DNA of 64,000 nt. Source: Deltaproteobacteria bacterium (lineage in GTDB: Bacteria; SAR324; NAC60-12). Each line of letters opens with the position of its first letter. Position 1 is the first letter of the stretch. This document shows positions 1-9,241 of the stretch, piece by piece. The stretch spans positions 32,966 to 96,965 of the forward strand of contig NYTS01000021.1 of the NCBI GenBank assembly GCA_002683655.1. Reading direction: 5' to 3'. The translations under genes were made by a program, and so were the position numbers. The notes below the pieces were generated by a model, which did no database searches, had not been told where the DNA came from, and saw only the letters and a program-made list of their open reading frames with translations.

Positions 1-597
1 GGAGGACTTCCCTCATCGTGACTACAGGTACAGAATTGATTGGTTGGAACAGAAATTTACCTATCTGATTAAGCAAATCATGATCTTTGGAAAGGTAATG
101 CAGCAACCGGCGATCAATAGACTGCTTAGAAATTCCAGTAGATTCATCACAGATGGAGGTTCTGGTCTTGTGATCAGCAGTCTGCTTTGAGAAGCATAGA
201 AAAATCTAGGGTCAACGCGTTACAGCCAGCGATGAGATCCAAAAATGATGATTTCAGCGGGAAGTTGATATAGTTCTACAAGAAATCGGCGCCGAGCCAT
301 TACATTCAGATCGGCCATAAAGGGAGTAGCCCCCTCTCTAGGAAGAAACTACAAATTTGGATGAAAGGTCGGTACCAGTAGGTTTGTCAATTGGTCGGAA
401 CGATCTTGTAAAAATCCCTCCAACCCCAGGTTGTTATTTTTCAGCCCCAAATAGTTATAAAGGTTTGCTCCACTAAAGTCTTAGTCAGTAATGATTACTT
501 GATGACCCAATTTTGCAAGGGAAAAACTGAGATTTGCTGTGATTAGGCTCTTGCCGACCCCACCTTTGCCACTAGCAATCGGGATGATTAATTTCAC
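1..597 (-). pseudogene. Decayed MinD/ParA-family P-loop ATPase paralog, head-to-head with the intact copy; its 3' part runs off the window
   Basis: The minus-strand frame from GTG 597-595 reads [38 protein letters not shown], then an in-frame TAA (483-481). It continues DFSGANLYNYLGLKNNNLGLEGFLQDRSDQLTNLLVPTFHPNL, then an in-frame TAG (351-349), then FLPREGATPFMADLNVMARRRFLVELYQLPAEIII. Homology continues only after frame changes (LDLIAGCNALTLDF, then LLITRPEPPSVMNLLEFLSSL). The whole is colinear with the 331-aa protein at 681-1676. Confidence 0.8.
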
Positions 598-680
598 AAT
601 CCCTGTTCTCTGGAAAAAGTTGCTGATTGCTGCAATGATATAAAGTTGATTTCCGAGAAACCATCTATCAAACAGGTCAT

Positions 681-1676
681 ATGAACGCAACTCCAGCCAA
701 TCAGAAAACCGCCACAATTATTCCGATTGCGGGGGGCAAGGGAGGTGTGGGCAAAAGCCTGATTGCTGCAAACCTGGCTATTGTGCTGGCAAGACTGGGT
801 CACAAGACAATTGGAATTGACTTGGATCTTGGTGCAGCCAATCTTCACAGTTGCCTCGGACTTAGCGGAGGTACGCCCCCTGGCCTGGCACGTTTCTTAC
901 GCTCAACGGACCAAGCCCCACTAGAATCATATCTGGCTCGTACTCCATACCGAAATCTTCATTTGCTAGCTGGAGATGAAGGGAATCCCTTCCTTGCACA
1001 ATTGAACGTGGCTCAGCAGCGACGGTTGGTGCAACAGATTCGAGCACTCCCTGCAGAATATGTAATTCTGGATCTAGGAGCAGGCAGTTCGTTTAGTACT
1101 TTGGATTTCTTTCGAATTGCACACAAGGGCTTGCTGGTCACCACTCCAGAAATCACTTCGCTTCAAAACTTGATGAACTTCCTGAAGAATCTGGCTTTCC
1201 GGGTGATTGAACATGCCCTACCACAAGATCGTTCAATCCACCGCAAGCTACAGACTCTTTATACCTCTCCACTAGAATTGAAAAGCAACCAACCTAGTTT
1301 GCCACAAACCTTGCTGAGTTCCTTGGATCCCGAGATTGCAGAGAAAGTTTTGAGCAGCTGGCATCAATTCAGACCTCGATTGGTCTTCAACCGTGGATTA
1401 GGGCCAGATGATCTGACTATCATTCCCGAGTTGGAAAAACACCTCAGTCACCAGCTGGATTTGACTGTAGAATTTATTGGCTATATCCCGGAAGATCTTG
1501 CTGTGCTTAATTCACTGAGGCAGGGTAAATCTTTGATGTCTTTTGCTTCTACTAGCAACGCTGGCCAGGATATGATCCGTCTCGCCCGCAGAGTACTTCG
1601 TCTATGGGATCAGCCCATTCCCAACAGTGCTAACCAACTGCAGCAATATACTCAACGCCTCTACCTGGAAACCTAA
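681..1676 (+). CDS. MinD/ParA (FlhG/MinD-like) family P-loop ATPase
   Basis: Deviant Walker [19 protein letters not shown] near the N-terminus, followed by [11 protein letters not shown] and LDLGAGSS motifs typical of MinD/ParA ATPases. Intact 331-aa ORF. Confidence 0.85.
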   Translation: MNATPANQKTATIIPIAGGKGGVGKSLIAANLAIVLARLGHKTIGIDLDLGAANLHSCLGLSGGTPPGLARFLRSTDQAPLESYLARTPYRNLHLLAGDEGNPFLAQLNVAQQRRLVQQIRALPAEYVILDLGAGSSFSTLDFFRIAHKGLLVTTPEITSLQNLMNFLKNLAFRVIEHALPQDRSIHRKLQTLYTSPLELKSNQPSLPQTLLSSLDPEIAEKVLSSWHQFRPRLVFNRGLGPDDLTIIPELEKHLSHQLDLTVEFIGYIPEDLAVLNSLRQGKSLMSFASTSNAGQDMIRLARRVLRLWDQPIPNSANQLQQYTQRLYLET

Positions 1677-1693
1677 TCGCAGTAATTTTGTTT

Positions 1694-4600
1694 TCAACGG
1701 GAGAATCTCAACTCCACTCTACTGGATTGAAAGCGTGATGTGGTTGTCTCGAAAACTGGGTTCAACTTGATCTGCCCGGCTGCCAGCAATCCTTCCTCAA
1801 GCAACAGATTACGAATGTTGTAAGCCCGCTGTTCTGCTAGCTCTTCCAAGTCCAGATCCTCGATAGGAATCTTATCCAGTAGCTTCAACCGAACCTCTTC
1901 TTCACTGAGACCCTCAGGGCTACCGTAGATTCGTTGAAACATTTGGTTCAAGTAGTTTTGCTGCTCATCTGAAGTAAGAATCATATTTACTGAGATCGAA
2001 TCTTCGTTATTCAAACGAATTAGCTCTGCAATTTTCTCACTGCGAATTTGTCGATCTAGTTCCTGCTCTCGTAAGGCAGCGATCTCTGTTTCACGACGTA
2101 AGAGCGTCACCAGTTCCATTTTCAGCTGGGGTCGTTCCTTCAACACATCTCTCAATTGATCCAGTTTTGTTTTTTCTGCAGCTGGGATCTCCAGACTTCC
2201 TGGTCGGAAACGGATGATCTGGGTGTTCTCGTCCAAATCTCCATCAAAAATAGCATCGGCAATTAGCGTGAATGGGGCGGTAACAGCCTTACTGATCAGA
2301 GTAACAAAAACGGTCAGTGTAGCGTCCCAGAGCCCGAACTCTGGATCTTCGAGGTTTCCGCTAACAGGTAAGGAAAGATCGATGGTACCTTGCGGGTCTC
2401 GAAGTAATCCGACTGCTAACTCCACTGGGAGATCCAGTGTGTCTGGTCCAGGAGTTTCAGGGCCTAGCACTAGTCTTTGAATGAGGAGATTGTTCTCAAC
2501 ATCAATTTCTTCTCCAGCCGTTTTGTAATCAACAGATAATTCCACACTTCCTCGGTCAAAACGATAGCCGAGATAGCGCTCTGCATATGGATTAACCCAA
2601 AGAAGATCGAAATCTTGTGAATACAGCTTGCCATTGATGCTCCAGGAATCCCTTTGCCAATCAAGAGCAAGTTTCGCTTCGAGCGGAGCGACTCCTTCCC
2701 AAAGCCCTTTTAAATCCAGTTCCAAAGGAACATTTAAGCCAAGAATGTTTTGAATATCGCCTTTGAGGTTTTGCAGCGTGATTAGTACCGGCTTGGCATT
2801 ACTTGCATCATCCCAGCTCAGATTTCCTCTCTCCAGAGATAGTTTTTTCAGGAAAACAGGGCCTGGCTCCAGATTAGAATCTTCCTCATCCTCCTCACTC
2901 TCAAAGAGTGTCATCCATTCCAACCCCCCATCAGTTTGCCTACGGATTGGCAATTCAAAATCTGCCAATAGCATCGATCCTAGATCCAAGACAAAGGGAT
3001 CGAACTCTAGCAGTCCATTCTCGGTTTCAAGCACATCCCATTGGCCCATGATTTGACCAGTTCTCTTGTCAATCAACCTTGCATCTCGAATACGAGCAAG
3101 ACCGTCAAAACGTAGCCACTCACCTACAAGATCAAATTTGTAGTAAAATCGCCCCTGAAGGGTGCCGAGAGCTTGATCAGCTTTCAGTGGTGCATATTCA
3201 ATCCAGTAGGGTTGCCAGGTTAGTAGATCAAAATCTACTAGATCAACATCGAGACTCAGATCTTTGTCAAAGCGAATGGAACCGGTAACAGACCCCTGTC
3301 CGGTTTCATCTAGCTTTCCCTGTAGAGTAAAATTCTCGATCCACTGCCGATCAGTATTCAGGTTTTTGAACTGCAGGGATCCGTTGCTAATCACCAACGG
3401 TGGCGTTGGAGTCTCTAGATCTTGCCAACTCAAGCGATCTAGGGTTGCCTCTAGTTTGGCAAGTTCCACTTTCCATGGAGTATCATCACTAGATTCAGTT
3501 CTTCCATCTTGTTTGGCTAAAGTTGGTAGCCATCGTTCCCAATTGAATCGACGATCAGGTAACAAGGCTAGTTCAATCAAGCCTTTATCTACTGAAACGC
3601 TTTCGAGAAGAAGTTCCTTTTTGAACCAATCTAGATCCCATTCCACAGCCACTGCTTTAGGTAGCCAGAGTTCTGGTTGTATTGCATCTGTAGGAGTCAC
3701 CTGAAACTGCTGTAGATCCAGTTTCGCCAACTTCGCCTGGTGCTTGCTCCATGACAAATCTAGTCCCAGAGCTGTCAACTGTTCTAGATCCAGACTTGGT
3801 GATTTCAAGGAATCCCCAGGAATTTTCAAATTTTGAAATTGAAGTGCTCCCAGATTTAGACGCTGGTCCTCAACTGTTAAAGACAGACCTCCACTGGCCA
3901 ACCCCCCCAAGGTCAGATCAGGAAGAGAAGAGTTTGCTTGTTTGAGAGATAATTGATGGAGATTCAGAGACTCGAACTCAAACCATTGCCTCGGCCACTC
4001 GACAACTGCTCCACTCATAGAAAGCTCTGCAAATTTGAGGTCTGGTAAGGATTCTTGCGCTTCAACAAGCTCGAGATCCCAAAGATGAAGCTTACCGCCT
4101 TCCGCTCGCAACCGGAAAGGACTCCAATTGAGTTGCAATTGCAAAGCTGTGTTCATGCGACCAGAGTTGAGTTTCCAAGGTAGTTGATCACGAAAGTAAG
4201 TTTCCCAAGGCAGTAATTTTAGATTCGCCTTGAGTGCACCTCTCCAAGTTTGATCACCCCAGCTTGCAATACCATCCAGTGAAAACTCTTCCTGCTCAAG
4301 AGTCGTCAATTTGAGCCTTGTTCGACTTTCTCCAGCTAGTGGCCAACTAAAATCGTTCATCTCCAGCACAGGAATTCGCAGCAGTTTTTTGATTTCTTCC
4401 CTATTCACTCGCTGATGAATCAGGTTCAGAGCCCCGCTGTCAACCTGAAATCGATTGAATTGAACTTGCCATTCTGTTTTCTGATCACTTTCCTTTGGAT
4501 TCTTTGGAACTAGTGAGGGAACCAGTTCATTCCAATTAGTGGTCCAGTCCTCATCAAGAGATAATAGAAATTGTGGTTGTTTCAAGAAGAGAGAGTTTAT

Positions 4601-6172
4601 CGAAACTTGTTTTGCGGGCAGATTCAATTCGTCACTGTTTAAATCCAGGCTAGCAAGCTGTAGCCATGTTTCTTGACCTTGATCCAACTGAAAATCTTCC
4701 AACTTCAGTGTGGTCTTCTTCAGTCTGGGAAATTGGAACGCAGGATCCCACTCAAAATCTGTTTTCAGATCTAAACTTCCTTTCACTTCAACCGGTGTTA
4801 CCCCTTCAAGAAATGGTGTGAGTTCAGCAAGTTCAAATTCCCTTAAATCCAACCGTCCCTGACTACGGAGAGTGCTTGGATTGAAAGACCCCCCAAACGA
4901 AATACTAGGACCACCTTCCCGAGCTAACTTCAGACTGAGAGACGTTTTTCTGGATGAAACAGGCAGCGTCAGTTCACCGACTGAAAATTGATCCAACTGC
5001 CATTCTTGAGGCTTTGCTGGCTGGCTCTTTTCATCGATGAAATGAAGCTTCCCTTTTGAGATACGGACTCCTCCTAACTCCACTGACAATTGTTCCACAC
5101 CTGGATTTTCATCACCCCTATTCCCAGATGTTGTTTGAAGAATCTGGTCCCAGAAGAAAGCTCCATTCTCCGTTCGTGTTAACCAGGCTTCGAATTCATG
5201 CAATTCGACCTGCCCTAAAGCTATCTGAAGGCTAGGCAATACCTGAATCTTAGGAATTGGAACCTGAAGATGGCTGATTTCTAGCAACCGGTTAGAAGCC
5301 TCACCAGGAAGACTGTTCTGAATACTGAGCCTTTGGATTTGCACAGTTCCGCTGAGTGCAAACTGCTTAAAAGGTACAGCCTGAAATCCTAACTTGAGAT
5401 CTGCGTCAACCAACCCATCTTGAAGCTGAAGCGTCCACTCTTTAGGGAGATACTGCTGAAAATCCGGCAGGTAAAGATTCTTCAGTTGAACGTCGAGACG
5501 AACGGTCTCTGAGGGAACAATAGTGAATTCCTGCGCAACTATCCTCAGGCTAGTCTCCCCTAGCTGTGCAACTAGAGTTGCTGGGCCAGATGCGCGGGCT
5601 GGTTGAAGATGAAATGACGAGATTGCTGGGAGGCGAAAATTCAGTCCAGAAATATTGTAGGTTTGCACGTGGGGCACGTCCTGAAACCGCAATTTTCCTT
5701 GCCGTACTGCGATTGTCCTAATTTCAAAAGGGAACTTAGCTTCCTCTTGAACGGAAGAAGTTCGATCTGTTTCAGGAGCTGCAATTTGCTCAATCAGGTC
5801 GGAGAAATTGAGGCGCTGTTCCCCAAGATGAGAGACATTGAGGTAGGGAGAGATCAGCTCAACCTCTTCAACAACAACAGCCCATTGCCAGAAGCTATTC
5901 CAACTCAGATCAATCCCAATTTCGTCGAGGGAAACAAAAGTTTCTGAACTATCAGCCTCACGGATTTCCAACCCCTGCAGTATCAACTTGAGGGAAAGCG
6001 GCTCCACTCGCACCTGTGTGAGCTGGACTGGACGTCCTAACTGCTTCTCTAGTGCTTTTGGCAACTGCTCCTGTAACCAACCAGGTCCACCAAAATAGAG
6101 AACAGTAAGCCCAGCCAGTCCAAGCAGGTTCAGGATGAAGACCACCCAAAGAATTCTTTGCACCCAACGCAA
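1694..6172 (-). CDS. Very large (1492 aa) membrane-anchored AsmA-like / DUF748-type envelope protein
   Basis: N-terminal TM helix (ILWVVFILNLLGLAGLTVLYF), then long beta-rich repetitive sequence. The C-terminal region (PVSGNLEDPEFGLWD...APFTLIAD...IRFRPGS) resembles DUF748/AsmA-family proteins as I remember them. The start is TTG, with GTG three codons later as an alternative, so the exact start is uncertain. Confidence 0.65.
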   Translation of the reverse strand: MRWVQRILWVVFILNLLGLAGLTVLYFGGPGWLQEQLPKALEKQLGRPVQLTQVRVEPLSLKLILQGLEIREADSSETFVSLDEIGIDLSWNSFWQWAVVVEEVELISPYLNVSHLGEQRLNFSDLIEQIAAPETDRTSSVQEEAKFPFEIRTIAVRQGKLRFQDVPHVQTYNISGLNFRLPAISSFHLQPARASGPATLVAQLGETSLRIVAQEFTIVPSETVRLDVQLKNLYLPDFQQYLPKEWTLQLQDGLVDADLKLGFQAVPFKQFALSGTVQIQRLSIQNSLPGEASNRLLEISHLQVPIPKIQVLPSLQIALGQVELHEFEAWLTRTENGAFFWDQILQTTSGNRGDENPGVEQLSVELGGVRISKGKLHFIDEKSQPAKPQEWQLDQFSVGELTLPVSSRKTSLSLKLAREGGPSISFGGSFNPSTLRSQGRLDLREFELAELTPFLEGVTPVEVKGSLDLKTDFEWDPAFQFPRLKKTTLKLEDFQLDQGQETWLQLASLDLNSDELNLPAKQVSINSLFLKQPQFLLSLDEDWTTNWNELVPSLVPKNPKESDQKTEWQVQFNRFQVDSGALNLIHQRVNREEIKKLLRIPVLEMNDFSWPLAGESRTRLKLTTLEQEEFSLDGIASWGDQTWRGALKANLKLLPWETYFRDQLPWKLNSGRMNTALQLQLNWSPFRLRAEGGKLHLWDLELVEAQESLPDLKFAELSMSGAVVEWPRQWFEFESLNLHQLSLKQANSSLPDLTLGGLASGGLSLTVEDQRLNLGALQFQNLKIPGDSLKSPSLDLEQLTALGLDLSWSKHQAKLAKLDLQQFQVTPTDAIQPELWLPKAVAVEWDLDWFKKELLLESVSVDKGLIELALLPDRRFNWERWLPTLAKQDGRTESSDDTPWKVELAKLEATLDRLSWQDLETPTPPLVISNGSLQFKNLNTDRQWIENFTLQGKLDETGQGSVTGSIRFDKDLSLDVDLVDFDLLTWQPYWIEYAPLKADQALGTLQGRFYYKFDLVGEWLRFDGLARIRDARLIDKRTGQIMGQWDVLETENGLLEFDPFVLDLGSMLLADFELPIRRQTDGGLEWMTLFESEEDEEDSNLEPGPVFLKKLSLERGNLSWDDASNAKPVLITLQNLKGDIQNILGLNVPLELDLKGLWEGVAPLEAKLALDWQRDSWSINGKLYSQDFDLLWVNPYAERYLGYRFDRGSVELSVDYKTAGEEIDVENNLLIQRLVLGPETPGPDTLDLPVELAVGLLRDPQGTIDLSLPVSGNLEDPEFGLWDATLTVFVTLISKAVTAPFTLIADAIFDGDLDENTQIIRFRPGSLEIPAAEKTKLDQLRDVLKERPQLKMELVTLLRRETEIAALREQELDRQIRSEKIAELIRLNNEDSISVNMILTSDEQQNYLNQMFQRIYGSPEGLSEEEVRLKLLDKIPIEDLDLEELAEQRAYNIRNLLLEEGLLAAGQIKLNPVFETTTSRFQSSRVELRFSR

Positions 6173-6213
6173 GGTCTGTTCTCTAGTGAGTCAGTTGGCT
6201 GAAATATTGGGAA

Positions 6214-6237
6214 AAATCCCGATGGCAGGAGGGATTT
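6214..6237 (-). terminator. Candidate rho-independent terminator downstream of the M48 protease gene
   Basis: On the minus strand, AAATCCC-N10-GGGATTT is followed by TT, giving GGGATTTTT. It lies 15 nt after the stop at 6252. The stem is short. Confidence 0.35.
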
Positions 6238-6251
6238 GCCGAGAAAAAAAC

Positions 6252-7970
6252 TCAGAGGTGATTGTGCTGGAAATGTTCCACACGGTCTTGGTAGTAGCGG
6301 AGGCCCATGTGATCCACGTTACGGATGTCAGATTCGGCTCGTTCTAGGGCAGTTTTGGCTGTATCTGCTGCTTCTTGCCAACGTCCCTGAAGAGCGTAAC
6401 TTTCTGCAAGGGTATCCAAAATATAGGCAGCTGGCTGCAATGCCACTGCACGCTCTGCAAGTGCTACACTCTCCCGAACTTTGAGAGGCTGCTCGGCAAA
6501 ATGCTGTGTTAGTAGCCAAGCCAAGTTGTTGAGCGCCCTTGGGTTTTCAGGTTCCCAGACCAAAGCTTGTCGATAGAGTTCTTCAGCACGTTCAAACTCT
6601 GACCTTTCATAGAATGTATTCGCCGCCTGAATCAACAACCCTACATCTGCTGGCGTTGTTTCCGAAACGATGTTTTCCAATCGCCAAAAAATCAGGCTCT
6701 CTTCAGCGTGCTGGGAGGTACTATAAACGCTCGCAGAGAGTAACAAACCAAAGAGTAACAGACAGCTACCTTGGATCGTTCTCACTCTTTGGTCGTGCTT
6801 TGCAACTCTCTCAGGTTGTTCTTCACAGAGTTTTAGAAATTCCAATCGCTGCTGAATCCCATAATGATGCCAGTTGTCTTGATGCAGGGCAATTCGGTTA
6901 AGGTAGCCAACTTTAGTCAGAGCAGTGGCAAAAGGCTCCCAACCACATCTCATAAAGGCATTACAATCAGCTTGTCGCTCAAAATTTCTGCTCAAAAATC
7001 CTATTCCTCCCCTAAGAAATAAAGCTAGCAACCCTAACAACAAAAATCCCTGTAGCCAGTCCGGCGGTGTAAAGCCTGTGATCCACTGGGTAAACTCCAC
7101 CCCAACCAGAATCAGAAAAAGCAATTCTACAAAACCAAGGAAAGCAAGTGCATAGAAAAATAGATGCCAGCGTCGGAGATGTCCTGCTTCATGAGCTACG
7201 ACTGCACGTAATTCCTGTGAATTCAAATGGGCCAGTAGTTGCGGACTGACCAGCAGAAAGCGAGCCCATGGAAGAATTCCAATCACTCCAGCGGTCGCTG
7301 TCTGAGTGATGTGTCCGGGCCAACAAAATACACCTTGAACGGAAGTTCGGTTAGCTTTCAGTTCAGTGGTGATCTCATCTCTAACTTCTGAGGGCACAGG
7401 TTGTATTCCCCAACTCAGCACCACAAACCATGGCGCTGTTCCCAACAAAATCAACACACTCAATCCTAACTCAACCAGCACTTGGTTGCCGACTGCTTCA
7501 TCAAGAGTAGTCTTGTCGAGCAGAAGAGTGAGCCCTAAGTGCAAGCCTGTAATCAAAATCAAAGGAAGTTGCAGGCGTAGCGTCTGGATCGTCTTCAACC
7601 ACTTGTGACCATCTATCCTCCAGGGGTGAGCCGCAAGGCTATCGGCAATCCAATAGACCAATACCAAGAGGAAAACGACTGTGGCTTGATCCATCCTCAT
7701 ACTTTCCCAGTAAGTAGCCAATCCAATAGGCAACCGTGTGGCCCAACTCAAGCCAGCCCAAAGTCCAGCAACGGCCCATCTTGGGATCGCTTGAATCCAA
7801 ATTCGGTTGGATTGAGACTGCCACTGCCCAAGCAAAAGACTGCTGATCAGGAGCAAGATCAAGGTCTCGACTGGTCCGAGAGGGATCAAGGCTTCTTCGG
7901 GTAGCATCGGCAATACCAGCAATGACAACCCTAACGAAGCAAGAATCAATGGCAGGAAAGGGAGAAACAT
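6252..7970 (-). CDS. Polytopic M48-family zinc metalloprotease with C-terminal TPR repeats
   Basis: HEAGH (HExxH) motif in VVAHEAGHLRRWH with a downstream NFERQAD Glu ligand. Multiple N-terminal TM helices. The C-terminal TPR-like repeats include ANTFYERSEFERAEELYRQALVWEPENPRALNNLAWLL. Confidence 0.8.
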   Translation of the reverse strand: MFLPFLPLILASLGLSLLVLPMLPEEALIPLGPVETLILLLISSLLLGQWQSQSNRIWIQAIPRWAVAGLWAGLSWATRLPIGLATYWESMRMDQATVVFLLVLVYWIADSLAAHPWRIDGHKWLKTIQTLRLQLPLILITGLHLGLTLLLDKTTLDEAVGNQVLVELGLSVLILLGTAPWFVVLSWGIQPVPSEVRDEITTELKANRTSVQGVFCWPGHITQTATAGVIGILPWARFLLVSPQLLAHLNSQELRAVVAHEAGHLRRWHLFFYALAFLGFVELLFLILVGVEFTQWITGFTPPDWLQGFLLLGLLALFLRGGIGFLSRNFERQADCNAFMRCGWEPFATALTKVGYLNRIALHQDNWHHYGIQQRLEFLKLCEEQPERVAKHDQRVRTIQGSCLLLFGLLLSASVYSTSQHAEESLIFWRLENIVSETTPADVGLLIQAANTFYERSEFERAEELYRQALVWEPENPRALNNLAWLLTQHFAEQPLKVRESVALAERAVALQPAAYILDTLAESYALQGRWQEAADTAKTALERAESDIRNVDHMGLRYYQDRVEHFQHNHL

Positions 7971-8070
7971 TTGTTTTTCTTCTGTTAAAATCCTATCAAA
8001 TAAATTGGAAATGTAGAAAGCTTGGGCTAATTTAAGTAATTTTTCTTAACTCTTGCCTAGGACGCTGAGC

Positions 8071-9231
8071 ATGGAATATTCGGCCAATGTACATGAGATC
8101 GAGCACGAAGGGAAACGGATCGTGCTGGTTGGAACCGCCCACATCTCACGAGAAAGTGTTGAAGAAGTCAGTCGGGTCATTGAACAAGAGCAACCTGATG
8201 CGGTGTGCATTGAACTTTGTGCTGCCCGTTACGAAGCACTCCGCTATGGAGATCGCTGGAAGGAAATGGATCTCTTCAAGGTCATTCGCCAAGGCAAAGC
8301 CATGCTATTGTTGGCAAATCTCCTGATGTCTGCATTCCAGCGACGCCTTGGTGCTCAATTAGGCGTAGAGCCCGGTTCTGAAATGCTTGAAGCTGCCCGT
8401 GTTGCCGAAGATCTAGAAGCAAAAATTGTGTTAGCGGATCGAGATGTCCGAGTGACACTGCAACGCACATGGCGGAGACTCTCATTTTGGCGAAAGTGGA
8501 AACTCAGTGGTCAGTTGATGGGCAGCATGTTTGTCGACGATCCCATTCAGCAAGAAGACATTGAACGTATGAAACAAAGTGACGTTTTGACAGATGCCCT
8601 CGAAACTTTGGCTTCTCAAGCTCCAGAGATGAAGGAGACCTTGATTGATGAGCGTGACCAGTATCTTGCTGAAAAAATCAGACAAACCGACAGGCCCAAG
8701 ATCGTCGCGGTAGTTGGAGCTGGACACGTACCCGGAATCAAGCGTGAACTTGGCAAAGAGCATGATCTCAATGAGTTGGAACGAGTACCTCCTCCCGGAT
8801 CACTCGGAACAATTCTCAAGTGGGGAATTCCGGCATTGATTATCGGCTTGATCGTCTACGGCTTTACCATGGCGGATACCAGCGTCAGTTGGGAAATGAT
8901 AGAACGCTGGTTCTGGATCAATGGCAGTCTCGCTGCTCTTGGTTCCGCATTAGCACTTGCCCACCCCCTGACCATCGGTTCTGCCTTCATCGCAGCCCCG
9001 TTTACTTCTCTGAATCCTGCTGTAGCTGCTGGTTGGGTCGCTGGCCTAGTGGAAGTTCTCATCCGACGACCACAGGTTCGAGATTTTGAAGACTTGATGA
9101 CAGATGTTCAGGAATTCAAGGGTTTTTGGCGTAACAAGATCACTCGTGTACTCTTGGTAGTCGTTTTTGCAAATCTTGGTAGCACAATTGGAACGATCAC
9201 CGGTGGCTTTGCCATTGCTTCGTTACTCTAA
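8071..9231 (+). CDS. TraB/GumN family protein
   Basis: GKRIVLVGTAHISRESVEEV...PDAVCIELC is the characteristic TraB-family N-terminus, and GAGHVPGI lies further on. C-terminal TM helices are present. I prefer ATG 8071 over the upstream TTG 8053 listed in the ORF track. Confidence 0.8.
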   Translation: MEYSANVHEIEHEGKRIVLVGTAHISRESVEEVSRVIEQEQPDAVCIELCAARYEALRYGDRWKEMDLFKVIRQGKAMLLLANLLMSAFQRRLGAQLGVEPGSEMLEAARVAEDLEAKIVLADRDVRVTLQRTWRRLSFWRKWKLSGQLMGSMFVDDPIQQEDIERMKQSDVLTDALETLASQAPEMKETLIDERDQYLAEKIRQTDRPKIVAVVGAGHVPGIKRELGKEHDLNELERVPPPGSLGTILKWGIPALIIGLIVYGFTMADTSVSWEMIERWFWINGSLAALGSALALAHPLTIGSAFIAAPFTSLNPAVAAGWVAGLVEVLIRRPQVRDFEDLMTDVQEFKGFWRNKITRVLLVVVFANLGSTIGTITGGFAIASLL

Positions 9232-9241
9232 AATCCTGCGA

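Noticed and set aside
481-717. The 78-aa minus-strand ORF as a stand-alone small P-loop gene
   Set aside because: It is only the first segment of the decayed ParA-like gene. Homology to the neighbouring intact paralog continues straight through its TAA stop.
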